Shown here: in pieces, positions 1 to 12,666 of the stretch
Numbering within the stretch: the first letter of the stretch is position 1
Layout: each line of letters begins with the position of its first letter
Assembly: GCF_006345805.1 (NCBI RefSeq)
Contig: NC_042997.1
Coordinates: forward strand, 75,392,001 to 75,456,000
Length of the DNA stretch: 64,000 nucleotides
Direction: 5' to 3'
Source of the DNA: Octopus sinensis
Lineage: Eukaryota
Translations under genes and position numbers: made by a program
The notes under the pieces: model-generated
Seen by the model: the letters and a program-made list of their open reading frames with translations, nothing else
Database searches by the model: none
Told to the model about the DNA's origin: nothing

Positions 1-529
1 TTTTGCTCCTCTACATTTTTATGTATGCAACCATGAATTCTTTTCTATGCTTTAACCAGGCAAAATGGACCTAGCAGGTTTAGATGCCTTTCTCAGTGAC
101 TTACTGGTTGAAGTTTATAAACATGTAATCAGTTGCTCTCTGCTTCACCTCATAGCTGTCAGTTATATATGTGCATGTGTATATTTGTCTTTCTCTCTTT
201 TTCAAGAAACTATATGTACCAACAGTTCAGCACAAACATTCAAATTCCCTGTATAATCAAGATTATATGAAATTCATCTGACTGTCCTCTATGTTTATAT
301 ATGTAGAAGTTAGTTTTCCCTCAATCTGCAACTGAAACTTGTTTCAGTTTTGTTGATATTTCTTTAAGTTTTACAAACTTTGATATTGCAAGGCGTTTCA
401 ATATATATTAGCTGTTTCCTTTGTCCTGACTGTAAAAACGAGCTAATTTTTTTATAAGCTACAAGGATCTTTATGTGCAATTTTTTATATCCTGGTGTTG
501 GATATATAATTTAATGACACAGGAGGAAA

Positions 530-1300
530 AAAGTTTTCACACAGTGCAATATGATTACTGTTAAACGTTAAGAACTCTCCACCAACAGCAGTCCTTCAGT
601 GTCACAGTCCATTGTTGGCCAATATACACAACTTCTCATTAATGATTTCGTTCTTGAAATCCTTTGGTGACCAATGTGAAATTCCTTTAGTAATCGCTTC
701 TGTAATGTGGCTGGCACTATGACTCTTTGTGCGTACATCAACACATCACACATTGAGAATGGTTTCACATTTGTCACATATATTTTTATCTCTTTTAGCC
801 TTCAGCAGTTCTTTCATTTTTTTTTAATGAATTAATCGTTTCCCGATTTTAATTTCATGTCTTGTAATGTGACTGGCAGTTCATGTATGACATTATACAA
901 AGCATTTTGAATTTCATATTCCGCTCACAATGCAGCAATCACAGTATCTTCAAATGGTTCAGCATTTTTTGAAATCAATCTTGATAAATGACCAGTGTGT
1001 CCTAATTTCTTAGATGGTATATACTCCATCTTAAAATCATAGTTAAATACTATAGTACCCAAGCATTGCAACCTATTAGCAGTATTGGTAGGGATTCCTT
1101 TTTTCGACCCATACAGGGATAATAACAGACGATGATCAGTCTGCAGTTGAAAACTTCTACTATGTAAAAATTTATGAAACTTTTTTATGACAAAAATAAT
1201 CGCTAGAGCCTTCATGTTACCACGTTTATGTAGCATTACTGCTCCTATACCATACTCACATCTGAATCTCCACTGTTGGATCAAAGTGTGCTAATGACAA
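530..1300 (-). mobile_element. Ty3/Gypsy pol fragment (RNase H + integrase zinc-finger region), degenerate
   Basis: ORFs 925-1284 (ALAIIFVIKKFHKFL..FQLQTDHR..L..YGSKKGIP..ANRLQ) and 568-777 (RVIVP..LQKRLLKEFHIGH..RTKSLMRSCVYWP) are typical Gypsy RH/IN motifs; same family as 31058-35781. Confidence 0.85.
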
Positions 1301-1307
1301 ATCAGAT

Positions 1308-1547
1308 ACTCTCTTTTACTCTTTTACTTGTTTCAGTCATTTGACTGTGGCCATGCTGGAGCACCGCCTTTACTCGAGCAAATCAACCCCAGGACTTATT
1401 CTTTGTAAGCCCAGTACTTATTCTATCGGTCTCTTTTGCCGAACTGCTAAGTTACAGGGACATGAACACACCAGCATCGGTTGTCAAGCGATGTTGGGAG
1501 GACAAACACAGACACACAAACACACACACAAACACACACACACACAT
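1308..1547 (-). mobile_element. tRNA-derived SINE, 3' half
   Basis: Near-identical to the 3' half of the full copy at 38527-38940 (ctcttttacttgtttcagtcatttgactg..gagcaccgcc), ending in an (AC)n tract. Confidence 0.8.
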
Positions 1548-2742
1548 AAATTTCAAGCAAATTTATTTTAATATGGAGTAGGACCACCTTTGGCAGTAAT
1601 TACAGCTTGAATTCTATGAGGTATGGACTCTTACAAAGTTTGAATTGTTTCCAAAGGAATTTTTGTCCATTCTTCAGTTAAAACAGTCTCCAGTTCTTGT
1701 AGTGATGATGGTGGGGGATATCAGCTCCTTACTTGTTTTTCTAAAATGCACCATAAATGTTCAATAATATTGAGATCTTGGGACTGTGGTAGCCAAATAA
1801 GATGTTCAACTTCATTAGAATGTTCCTTGTGCCATTCAGTAACAACTTTAGCTGTGTGAATTGGTGCATTATCATCCTGAAATGTTGTGTTTCTCCTCCA
1901 GAAACAGTTCTGCAAGCATAGGATGAATTTGATCAGATAAAATGCTTAAATAGTCTTGACTATTAATTCTGCCATGAAGGGAAACCATTGGGCTGGCTGA
2001 TTTGCAAGATATAGCTCCCCAGATTATCACAGATCCTCCTTCATCTTTAACAGTTGGAAGAAGGTGTTTTGGGTCAAATGCTTCTTTTGGTTGTCTCCAT
2101 ACATATACTCAGTCGGCTGTTGGAAATATGATAATGGATGACTCATCCTAGAAAATAACATTCTTCCACTCTAAATACTTTGCAACGTTTCTTTTAGAAA
2201 GTAGTGGTTTTCTGATTGCAGCCCTCCTGTGAAATCTGGCTTTGTGCAGCTCCTGGCGAACAGTTTTTGTGGAAACTGGGTTCTTGAAGTGGTCATTAAG
2301 CTCTGCAGTAATTTTGTGAGCTGTACTTTTGTGATCCTTTCTAATAATTTGCATAAGAGTCCGACAATCCCTATCTGAAAGTTTTGGTTTTCTTCCAGAG
2401 TTTTGTTTCAACGAGGATGTTTTTCCCTCTTTCTCATAGGCTATCGTTACTTTCTGGGCAGTACTTTTTGATACACCAAACATTTCAGCTGTTTTCGTTA
2501 CGCTAGCACCTGCCATACAAGCACCAACAATTTGACCTCTTTGAAAATCCGATAGATCTGTAATTTTAATAAATTTTAATTACCTTTTTCTGATGATGTC
2601 TGAAAAGAAACAGCAATTTTAGCAAAACATATTAAGCAACACTAATGAAAAATCAAAAAATCATAAAAATGATTTTGACAGTTTTATAGATATTTCAAAT
2701 TTATGATGCTAGGTGTTTCCATTATTTTGTCCAACCCCTGTA
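1548..2742 (-). mobile_element. Tc1-like DNA transposon, frameshifted, one TIR lost
   Basis: ORF 2148-2516 (HTH_Tnp_Tc3-like, GRKPKLSDRD) and ORF 1721-1915 (FQDDNAPIHTAK..WLPQSQDLNIIEHLW). TIR aggtgtttccattattttgtccaacccctg at 2711-2740 followed by TA; the other end is cut by the SINE. Confidence 0.9.
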
Positions 2743-3531
2743 GTTTAGATTAAAAAAAGAACTTTGTCTTAATTTTGTAAAATAAAAAAAGTATAAAAAA
2801 AGCATTATGGGATGACCCAATAACATAACAGTCAAATCTCCCTCTATAAATTTCAGCCCATCAGTAAAACTGCTGTACCTTTTTTATGTTCAAAATCTTT
2901 GGTAAGATTACTAATAATACTGATTGGTGACTATAACCAGAATACTGAGTAAATAAGGAAGATTGACCTTATCTGATATGCTGCATGTCTTATATCTTCA
3001 TCTTGTAGACTTTGACTGTTGTTGAATATTCTTTTTACAACATTATTAAATTAATACTCTAGCATATTTCACTCATAAGGGTTCTTTAGTGTCATCTCCT
3101 TCAACCTGTACTTATCAAACTGTACTTAAGAGTACATTCATTACCAAACTTGACATTGTGTTCATTCTTGAAGTTATCTGTCTGTCTGTCAACCAATCAG
3201 TCAATGTAACATTAATTTAATTCTCAATTTCACTTAGCTGGCTAGCTAACATTTGTATCACATCACAAAAAAATCTTTTGAGTATCAAAGTTCCATGCAA
3301 GATCTGTCATCTCACTTTGGGGTATTTTCCTGACAGACCTATTAAGAATCTTGCAAAATTGGTTCATCTGTTCCAGCAATACATTGGTTTCACATTCTTT
3401 ATTTATTATCTAAACCTTATAATTTTCTTATGCTATCAATATTTAATTAGCATTATAATTGTTTTTTATTTTCTTGAATTTTTTATACTTCTAATTTAGT
3501 TCAAGTCTTTTCTCCTTTTTATCTTTTCCAG

Positions 3532-3626
3532 TGATTTAATCCAGAAGCTGTCTGTTGCCCTTCTATCAAACAAGAGTACTCAGTTGGCTAAAGTTGACCT
3601 TTCTTTTAATGTTTTAGATGACCGTG
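3532..3626 (+). CDS. CARMIL: CARMIL/LRRC16 family internal exon A (LRR region)
   Basis: Polypyrimidine ..cttttccAG acceptor and GTGAGT donor. Encodes DLIQKLSVALLSNKSTQLAKVDLSFNVLDDR(G), resembling CARMIL1 [32 protein letters not shown] (recalled from memory). Ends in phase 1, matching the next exon. Confidence 0.88.
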
Positions 3627-5319
3627 GTGAGTAGCACAATCAATAAGTATAACCTTATTGTTTTGTCATACTTTAAAACAATTGTTTTATAGTTTTTCTT
3701 TTCATTCAGTAATGTTTAGTTAATGCTAAATTAATTGGATGAATTTGCAGCTCTTTTGAATATTCATCAATTGAAACTACACAACAATGCTAGATATGTA
3801 TAAAACAGAAAGATACAATACATGATTTGGAGTTGGACTTGATTGGCAGGTACTTGTTCTAAGACTGTGTTGGAATTGAAACAGCTACATCATTGGAGAG
3901 TCCTTATGAACATTTAAGAACATACAAAACTGCCATATTTACTTATTAATTGTTTCTTAGTAGTTCATACAGTTTATTTTGAAGTTTCAAAATATTTAAC
4001 TCATTACAGTATTTTTAACCAGATCACTACATTTACAGAAAATAATTACCACCTAGGATTTTTAGCTTTGGAAGTCTACTTCCTTTTCTGTTACTTTTGT
4101 TCCTTAGTTTCTTTTTATACGAAAAGAAAGTGCCCTCAAAAATAGTATCTGTATGTGAAATTTACATGAGCTATAAATAAATTTCAAGGCATAATTTCAG
4201 AATGCATTAGCAAGAATGAATTGCAATATTGATGTTAAAAGTGGTGTGACTGAACTAACAAAGCAGATTAGCAATAAAGAAATTGTATACTTTTCTACTG
4301 ATGCATATGATAGGATGTCTGTAGATAGCCTGCTGAATTGTTTAAATAGAGTGCAACAACCGCACATTAGAGTTATAAGTGACAACTTTATTTGATTATT
4401 GAAAAACTGACAAAATTTTAAATACTCATATGAGAATGTGATGTAACATTTTAGAATCAGAGAAATGGATAGTGAATAATTCCAAGTAAACTATTAGTGA
4501 AATATCTCAAAAGTTCATGTTACTAGATTGCCCTTCCATTCTGTTTGTAGTGCTAACGATGCTAACAAAAGCAGATTATCATACTTTCTTTCACAGATTT
4601 TATGCTGGCTGCTTGAGAGATCAATAGATTTGAGGGTATAGAAGACACCCTTAAGAGGACAATGGGTGTAACCAAAATATGATCTCAACTGCATTATTGG
4701 CAATATGGGCAAAATAGGATCATTTCATATCAACTCACTGAATTGTTCCATAGGTCACATCTCAGATTTACTTCAAAATTTAACTACAAACAGCTTCTTT
4801 GGAGAAAACAATACCTTAAATTTTCAGGTTAATTGCTCAGTCTGTTTAAAAATTATTGTTTGAAAATTAAGCCAAAATTAATAAACACTGTATGTCCTGC
4901 TTAAGGATTTTTGCAGCTTTGGTAGACAATAATTTCACAAGTAAGAATGGAAACATGAAATTTGATACCATTGCAGTTTTCCACCCAAATAATCCATTTT
5001 GGGCATCATTTTGGACTGAGCCTAATATCAGTTGTACACTGAGAGATGAAGGTTAACAGAGAAAGTGGTCATGTATGTATGTATATATATATACTTATAA
5101 AAAGCAAAATTTGTTTGTTTGTATGTTAACCACTGAAGACTCTGAATGAAATTGATAATATTTCAGGTTTTTTGTGTCATTTAAATTAATTTGACCATTT
5201 TGCAGATAACTGTGTACTTACATTTCGAAAGCAGAATAGGGCGTCCCAAGTTGCTGGTGTATTGGGTCCTATTTCTAGCAATCCTTATACTGTTTATTTC
5301 ACAATAATGTTTGATTTTA

Positions 5320-5667
5320 CAGATAGGGCATACCTACACAAGAGTGCCCCATTGAATTTGTTTCTCATAACTTAAGGGAGAATGGATATTTTTAACAAAA
5401 AGTTTCTACAAATATGCTTCTAAAGGCGTAGATTCCAACAGTTTTGGAATTTGTTGTATAAACCTTTTTATGCTCTCATCAAAGCTGAATTGTTGAAATT
5501 TTCCAAAACTGCTTCCCGACTTGCGGAAAATGTTTATCACAGCAAATTTCAATATAATCATAATGTAAACTGAAGCGATTTTGGATAAAATTACATTAAA
5601 AAATATCCATTTTTGTGAAGGTTAGGAAACAAATTCTGTGGGGCACAATTGTGTAGGTATGGCTGTA
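5320..5667. mobile_element. MITE with about 70-bp imperfect TIRs (Tc1/mariner-like, TA end)
   Basis: gcatacctacacaagagtgcccc..aatggatattttt (5328-5395) is an inverted match to aaaaatatccatt..ggggcacaattgtgtaggtatggctg|ta (5598-5667). Confidence 0.65.
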
Positions 5668-5939
5668 AATGAACAGTCCTTATAAAAAGCAAAGTTTGTT
5701 TGTATGTTGACCACTGATAACACTAAATAATCACATGATTAGAGAAAAAGAGGGAAAAAGGATAGAGGGAAGGAGAAAAGGGATAAGGCAAAGAGGGAGT
5801 GAGAAAAGACAGAGAGAGAAGCATCCATGTTATGTGGTAGGGGGTATGTAATATTTATTACATGGTTAAAAAAGTTAGTTGAAGGTAGTGATATAGAGGA
5901 GAGTTAGGAAAATAATTTTAGCAGAGGAGTGATCACCAA

Positions 5940-6450
5940 ATGGGACTCGTCCCTATATCTCTCTACACCTGACATAGACATGAAATTGAAAACTTTGCTA
6001 CATTTTTATCCCAGACAGAACATCCACTGCACATAAAAACAAGATTCCCAGGGAGAGAAAAGTTCTTATGAGACAGTGTACAAAGGTTGCAAACCACCTC
6101 AACTGAGAACTCAACAGCAGTGAGAAACCCTGCTTTAAAGCAGCACTGCAGGAGATTGAGAAACAACTGCAGCACTCTCATGAGAAGGAAAGATTAGACA
6201 AAGAAGCCTGGGTTATAAGAAATATAAAATCAGACCCTAAAACCTTCTTTAGGTATGCAGGGTAGGGCCACTCTTCCAAAAAGATGGCTCCCTCACGGGA
6301 GACCCAGTGAGGATAAGTGAAACACTGAATGAACAATTCAAAGGTGTTTTCACCCTTCCCCTATGGCACATACAACTTAGCAGAACGCCTTTTGCTGAGG
6401 ATTTGCCATTCTGAGTGTAAACAAACAACTGAAAGTTACCAGAAGAATGA
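5940..6450 (+). mobile_element. CR1-clade LINE fragment (EN-RT linker), degenerate
   Basis: Manual translation gives ..EAWVIRNIKSDPKTFFRYA.., typical of the CR1/L2 ORF2 linker; many stops. Confidence 0.55.
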
Positions 6451-6454
6451 CGTG

Positions 6455-6760
6455 ATAACAGCACCCATGTGGTGGCCATTCAAAACTTAGAAAACTCCAC
6501 CACTACCTACTTACCTCAATGACCTTAAACCTCGAATAACAACAGCAGTCAACTTAGTGGATCATGATATGCTGATACGCCTCTGGGAGGAATTCTCTTA
6601 TTGCAGTGATGTTGCCTGTGCTGTAGATAGTGGCCGCAATGAACACTTGTAAGACAGGAAATGAAAGTTGATACCCTGCTACCACAGCTGGAGCTTTATA
6701 TTTACTTTTTCTTATTAACATATTGTGTAATGAAATTGGTTCATTCATTTTGATTAATCC

Positions 6761-6764
<4 letters not shown>
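6455..6764 (+). mobile_element. mariner-like transposase C-terminal fragment with right TIR
   Basis: Translation PPLPT..NDLKPRITTAVNLVDHDMLIRLWEEFSYC.DVACAVDSGRNEHL*; ends ttcattttgattaatcctg|TA next to (TA)n. Confidence 0.6.
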
Positions 6765-6789
<25 letters not shown>

Positions 6790-6797
<8 letters not shown>

Positions 6798-7086
6798 AAA
6801 GGGCTTAGTAAAATAAATTACTTTGCCGCATACTGAACTCATTAGAAATAGCAGCTAAAAAACTTTTTTAAAGCTATTTCTAATACTTAAAGAAAATCTC
6901 TCTCATATATAGTGATTGCTTAATTCAACTCACAAAACTTTTGTGAGTTGAATTAAGCAAACACTATATATGAGAGAGATTTTCTTTAAGTATTAGAAAT
7001 AGCTTTAAAAAAGTTTTTTAGCTGCTATTTCTAATGAGTTCAGTATGCGGCAAAGTAATTTATTTTACTAAGCCCTTTTATATAAT
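6790..7086. repeat. Near-perfect palindrome, 148-bp arms, 1-nt loop
   Basis: 6790-6937 is the reverse complement of 6939-7086 with one mismatch (6914/6962); centre cacaaaa-c-ttttgtg; (TA)n on the left and shortly after on the right. Confidence 0.95.
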
Positions 7087-8298
7087 GTAATAATTTGAAT
7101 TCGCCTTGAATGGTCCCTTTGCATACTGAACACTTGGTGAAATTGATTAATAATTAATTAATTTTGCCCTCAATTGTTGAAATATATATATATATATATA
7201 AACAATATTATTAAAATTAATAATAATACCTTCGAAAATTGGTGAAATTCCATCTGAACATCTGAAAAAATTTTAGCTGTTAATAAATGCTAACTAAAAG
7301 AGATGCCTAAATCAAATTTCACTTAAGATATTCACTCATTCAACCCATAACATCGAATAACTAATTTATTTTATAAAAATAAAAGATAAATACCATGCTA
7401 ATTCTATATTTTTGGAAAATTTGAAGTCTACATAGAAAATTAATTCAAAAAAATAATCTAAAACATAACCTAAAAATGAGTATTTTCATATACAATTACT
7501 AGACTACCCATGACCCATTGGGTCACCAGGAAAGTCTGAGATTCCCAGCAAGTTTTGTTTCGTTTATTTATTTATTTTTTTTTTGCTTTTCCAGCTTATT
7601 TCGCATGCTTTCAATGAATGTGACGTTGAAATCACACATAAACAGCTCCTTTCCCCAGAAAGATTTGGCTGCTTTTTCTTGTACGTCCTGCTACCACATA
7701 ACAGGTATTTTGGATCCTTTATCGCAAATATCTGTTATGTGGTAGCAGAGTATGCTAGAAATAGCACCTAATTCTTTGGAGGTGAGATACGTTGAATGCA
7801 CTTAAAAAAAAACTATGGAAAAAATTATTTCACACTGAGATTACGAATGGGTCTTTAACAAAATATTTACACTATTTTTAAGTCATTTTCACTTTTAAAT
7901 ATATTTTAAATATGCCAAAAAAAGTTTTAGTAATGATATTTACTTGAAAATAATTTTTTAAAATATTGTCTGTTTAAAGAAAGCTAAAATATAAATAAAT
8001 ACTTACTGTACAAACAACTTACATTTTTGAAATCACATTCACTTAAAACACAATATTTTAATCATTTAGATTAAAATATTGTGTTTAAGAAAAGCGAAAA
8101 TAGAAACATTTACTATAAAAACAACTCATATAGTTTTGTTGTCAGGACACAGTGTCTAATCGAAAGGTATGAGTTTCTTCCTTTCAAGGTTATTTTCAGA
8201 GAATTTTCCCATTATCCACTGTTTTGAGTATTTATACCCCGAAAATCCATAATATCTCAATAACCAGTTGTCTGATTTACGTGAAACTTCTTTTATTC

Positions 8299-8559
8299 TA
8301 TAGTGGTCGTATACCATCAACTCAATGTGACAGTCCCATAAGGGAATTACACCACCGCCATTTAGCCCTAGGAAACATCGACGTCTCCTGTCGGCTTTGA
8401 CACATTTTCTGTGTCCTTATATTTGCAAAGGGGAGGCAATCACCCCCGCCAGCTGGGACTAAGCACCTGAAGACATATGTTTCTGAGTCTATTGCTCGTC
8501 GTCAGTTCAGGGTAGCTTGTCTCGCTCGCTGAGATGACTGCAACCCCTTCGCAAATATA
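8299..8559 (-). mobile_element. Partial inverted copy of the 8595-9055 element (one arm + core)
   Basis: Reverse complement of about 8735-8997 at high identity. Confidence 0.85.
8466..8511 (-). ncRNA. Type I hammerhead ribozyme motif (minimal, palindromic stem III)
   Basis: Minus strand reads cctgaa CTGACGA c gag caataga ctc a GAAAC ATAT GTC ttcagg: 6-bp stem I, intact core, GUC cleavage triplet. Confidence 0.7.
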
Positions 8560-8594
8560 TCATATTATCAGTAAAATTTATTTACTGATCACCA

Positions 8595-9055
8595 AAATTA
8601 TAAATATTGAATTTCTAAATGTCTCAGAGAGACATAAGCGGTGGTGGAGCGATATAGTGGTCGTATACTGTCAACTCAATTTAGCCCTAGGAAACCTCGA
8701 CGTATCCTGTCGGCTTTGATACATTTTCTGTGTCCTTATATTTGCGAAGGAGTTGCAGTCATCTCAGCGAGCGAGACAAGCTACCCTGAACTGATGACGA
8801 GCAATAGACTCAGAAACATATGTCTTCAGGTGTTTAGTCCCAGCTGGCGGGGGTGATTGCCTTCCCTTTGCAAATATAAGGATACAGAAAATGTGTCAAG
8901 GCCAACAGGAGATGTCGGTGTTTCCTAGGGCTAAATGGCGGTGGTGTAATTCCCTTACGGGACTGTCACATTGAGTTGACGGTATACGACCACTATATCG
9001 CTCCACCACCTCTTATGTCTCTCTGAGACATTTAGAAATTCAATATTTCTAATTT
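8595..9055. mobile_element. Non-autonomous inverted-repeat element (arms 8595-8750 and 8865-9055) enclosing a 114-bp core
   Basis: Arms are reverse complements; the left arm has an internal deletion of about 30 bp. No ORF and no clear TSD. Confidence 0.8.
8785..8830 (+). ncRNA. Type I hammerhead ribozyme motif on the CARMIL sense strand
   Basis: cctgaa CTGATGA c gag caataga ctc a GAAAC ATAT GTC ttcagg. Stem I cctgaa/ttcagg; stem II gag/ctc with a C.A closing mismatch; stem III AC/GT with an ATAT loop; predicted cleavage after 8824. Confidence 0.72.
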
Positions 9056-9173
9056 CTTTTATTCTGTTTATATTCAAATTTCAGGGGCAACTTAATTCAT
9101 AGTATTTTCGCATTACGTGCCAAGCAAGATTCAAGCTCTCTTTTAATTATAGATTGATGACATTGCTGGATAA

Positions 9174-10640
9174 TCATCATCATTGTTTAACGTCTGCTTT
9201 CCATGCTAGCATGGGTTGGACGCTTTGACTGAGGTCTGGTGAACCAGATGGCTGCACCAGGCTCCAATCTGATCTGGCAGAGTTTCTACAGCTGGATGCC
9301 CTTCCTAACGTCAACCACTCCAAGAGTGTAGTGGGTGCTTTTACATGCTGCCAGCATGAGGGCCAGTCAGGCAGTACTGGCAACGGACAATGCTCAAATG
9401 GTGCTTTTTATGTGCCACATGCACAGGAGCTAGTCTAGCAGCACTGGCAACGACCTCGCTTGAATGTTTTTTCATGTGCCACCAGCACAAGTGACAGTAA
9501 GGTGACGCAGGTAACAATCACGCTTAAATGGTGCTTTTTACGTGCCAACGGCACGGAAGCCGGTTTGTTGCGCTGGCAACGATCACGTTCAGATGGTACT
9601 CTTAGCACTCCACCAGCACAGATGCCCGTCATCGAATTTGATTTGGATTTCACTTGCCTCAACAGGTCTTTGCAAGCAGAGTTTAGTGTCCAATGAAGGA
9701 AAGGTACGCATAAGTGGGCTGCTTACACCCCTGGCATAGGCCACAAAGTTATGGTCTTACAGCATATTTCCAGAGGTCCCAGTCACTAGTCATTGCCTCG
9801 GTGAGGCCCAAAGTTCGAAGGTCATGCTTCACCACCTCATCCCAAGTCTTCCTGGGTCTACCTCTTCCACAGGTTCCCTCAACTGCTAGGATGTGGCACT
9901 TTTCACATAGCTATCCACATCCATTCTCACTACATGGCCATACCAGTGCAGTCCTCTCTCTTGCACACCACATCTGATGCTTCTTAGGTCTAACTTTTCT
10001 CTCAAGGTACTTACACTCTGTCGAGTATGCACACTGACATTACACATCCATCGGAGCCTACTGGCTTCATTCCTTGCGAGTTTACGCATGTCCTCAGCAG
10101 TCACAGCCCATGTTTCACTGCCATGTAGCATGGCTGTTCATACACATGTGTCATACAGTCTACCTTTTACTCTGAGTGAGGGGCCCTTTATCACCAGTAG
10201 AGGTAAGAGCTCTCTGAACTTTGTCCAGGCTATTCTTATTCTAGTAGCGACACTTTCTGAGCATCCACCCCCACAACTGACTTGGTCACTTAAGTAATGG
10301 AAGCTGTCAACTACTTGTAGTTTTTCTCCCTGGAATGTGGCGGAAGTTGTTCTCTGCACATTTTCAGTGTTTATTGCTCCTGAGCATCTGCCACATACAA
10401 AATCTATCTTCCCAGTTAGCCTTCCTTTGATATTGCTGTACCTCTTATGTGTCCATAGCTTACACTAGGTACATCTTATAGAATTTCTACCCACACCTTT
10501 TCTTCAGATCAAGCAGGGCCAACTATCTGAAGGGATTTGTGGTTTGCCTACCTTCCTACTTATTAGGACTTTGGTTTTAGCAAGGTTGACTCTAAGGCCC
10601 TTCGGTTCTAATCCTTGTTTCCACATTTGTAACTTCTCCT
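9174..10640 (-). mobile_element. RTE-clade LINE, 5' truncated
   Basis: ORFs 9886-10131 (MLHGSETWAVT..RLHWYGHVVRM) and 10138-10359; 3' UTR tandem motif and (TGA)n tail at 9174. Confidence 0.9.
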
Positions 10641-11089
10641 CTAGTTCTGATAGTGACTAAAGAATAAAAACTACAGACAAGAATTTTACATGATGCTTAA
10701 CAGATAACTAAAGAATAAAAACTACAGATAATAATTCTACATAATGCTTAATAGAAACTGAAATACTTTATGTCCCACTAATTACTTACCTGTTTATTTA
10801 ATATATTAAACCCTTTTATAGGAATTAACCTTATATAATAATTGAAACATTATAATTAATAATATATACAATTATTGATGACTTCACTGGATAACTAAAG
10901 AATAAAAATTACATATAAGATAATTAAATACCTATTTATTTAGTATATTAAACCCTTTTCTGGGAATTAACCTTACATAATAATTGAAAAATTATTATAA
11001 TAAATAGAATATACAATATATATATATATATGTATGTATGGGATCTGTGATTTTCTTTCTTTTCTTTGTTTCCTTATTGTCTGGTGCAA

Positions 11090-11700
11090 TAGTTACCAGT
11101 CTGTTCATCAGTTTTGTCCTAGGCCCCATGCACCCTGTGGGGTCAACAGACCATGGAGAGGCAGCATTTAACAGGCTGGGGTGGCTGCCCATTGAGGCAC
11201 GGTGATCTCTCCCACCATTGCAAGCAACCCCTGGCGCCTAGCTCTATGCCAATCAAGGCATAACTTATCACTGGTAAAGTGTTGCTTCCCGTGTTTTGCC
11301 ATTGCTGTGAAGCGAAGCTGGAGTAACCTCTCCAGTGCTCAAAGAGACTGGGTGGATAGATATGGATGAGAAGTTGTCACCCATGCAAGAGGTTCCTCCT
11401 TCATGTTGCTGGAATGGTCCAATAGAAAGGCAGGGCCAATACGTATAGTTCCAGTGCCATAGCAGGAGATGCCGGAAAGAAGCTGCATGGAGCAACAGAC
11501 CGCCTTAGGGACTCTGACTTTGGATTTTTGTCAGGTTTACTTCTTAGCCTTTCCGCCTCCTGGTGGTACCCACAAGGCAGTGGGGTATCAAGGGTTTGAA
11601 ATCAGAGCTTTCCTTCTCCTACCAACCAAGGTTAATGAGCCCAGACTACCCACCAAGTTATACTGCTAGGTACTCACTTGCACCATCAGAAGAATTTGCA
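11090..11700 (-). mobile_element. Probable RTE-type LINE 5' UTR/start fragment
   Basis: GC-richer block containing ggtttgaaatcagagctttccttctcct..ccaaggttaatgagcccagactacc, resembling RTE 5' UTRs as I recall them; no diagnostic ORF. Confidence 0.4.
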
Positions 11701-11799
11701 AGACGGGAGTACCACGGGAAATTACTGCTGAGGACATAGTAATGTAGAAGATGCCATATGCAGGGACCCTCAGCAATTACTACCTCTGGAAAGGAGGTG

Positions 11800-12610
11800 C
11801 ATCACTTACCTTTTGTGAGCAGGACATATAGTCCAGGCCTCACATAGATATATGTATATATATGAAAGAAATGAAGTTGGATGTGTAATATCAGTGTGCA
11901 TACACAACAGAGTGTGAGTGCCCTGAGAGAAAAGTTGGACATAAGAAGCATTAAATGTGGTGTTATGTATAGATGAGGACAGCTGTGTGAGGAAGTGCCC
12001 CACCCTAACTGTGGAAGTGGTAGACCCAAGAAGACATGGGATGAGGTTGTGAAGCATGACCTTGAACATTGGGCCTCATAGAGGCAATGGCAGGAGACTG
12101 AGACCTTTGGAGATATGCTGTGATTGAGAAGACTCGGCAACTAAAGTGAGATCGCACCTATGGCTGATGCCAGTGTTGCATGTCCAACCCATTTAAAAGT
12201 ACCCTTGATGCATTGGATAATATATGCTTGAGAAGTCCTGTTGAGTCAAGTAAAACCAAAATCATTGCTGTGGCCAGTGGTTCCTGACTGGCTCCCGTTT
12301 CAGTGGCATGTAAAATGTGCCATCCGAATGTGATCAAAGCCAGTACCCCTTGACTGACTCCCATGTCAGTGGCACGTAAAAAGCACTATCCGAACGTGAT
12401 CGATACCAGGGCCTCCTGACTGGCTCCTGTGCTGGTGGCATGTAAAAAGCATCCACTACACTCTTGGAGTGGTTAGCATTAGGAAGGGCATCCAGCTGTA
12501 GAAACATTGCCAGATCAGATTGGAGCCTGGTGCAGCTGCTGGTTTTCCAGACTTCAGTCAAATCGTCCAACCCATGCTAGCATGGCAAACAGACGTTAAA
12601 CGATGATGTT
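11800..12610 (+). mobile_element. RTE LINE 3' fragment
   Basis: End of ORF2, 3' UTR tandem units, catgctagcatgg and acgatgatg tail; tail-to-tail with the 12667-13240 copy. Confidence 0.85.
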
Positions 12611-12666
12611 AATGAATAAAGCAAACGAAGGGAAAAACAATTCCTTCAAAGGAATTTAGTATATAT

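Noticed and set aside
65-256. Small ORF or upstream CARMIL exon
   Set aside because: No LRR similarity and no splice sites giving the required phase-2 donor.
4617-4686. gagatca..gaagacaccc..gggtgtaacc..tgatctc HHR-like pairing
   Set aside because: Core lacks CUG and GAAA, and spacing to the outer stem is wrong.
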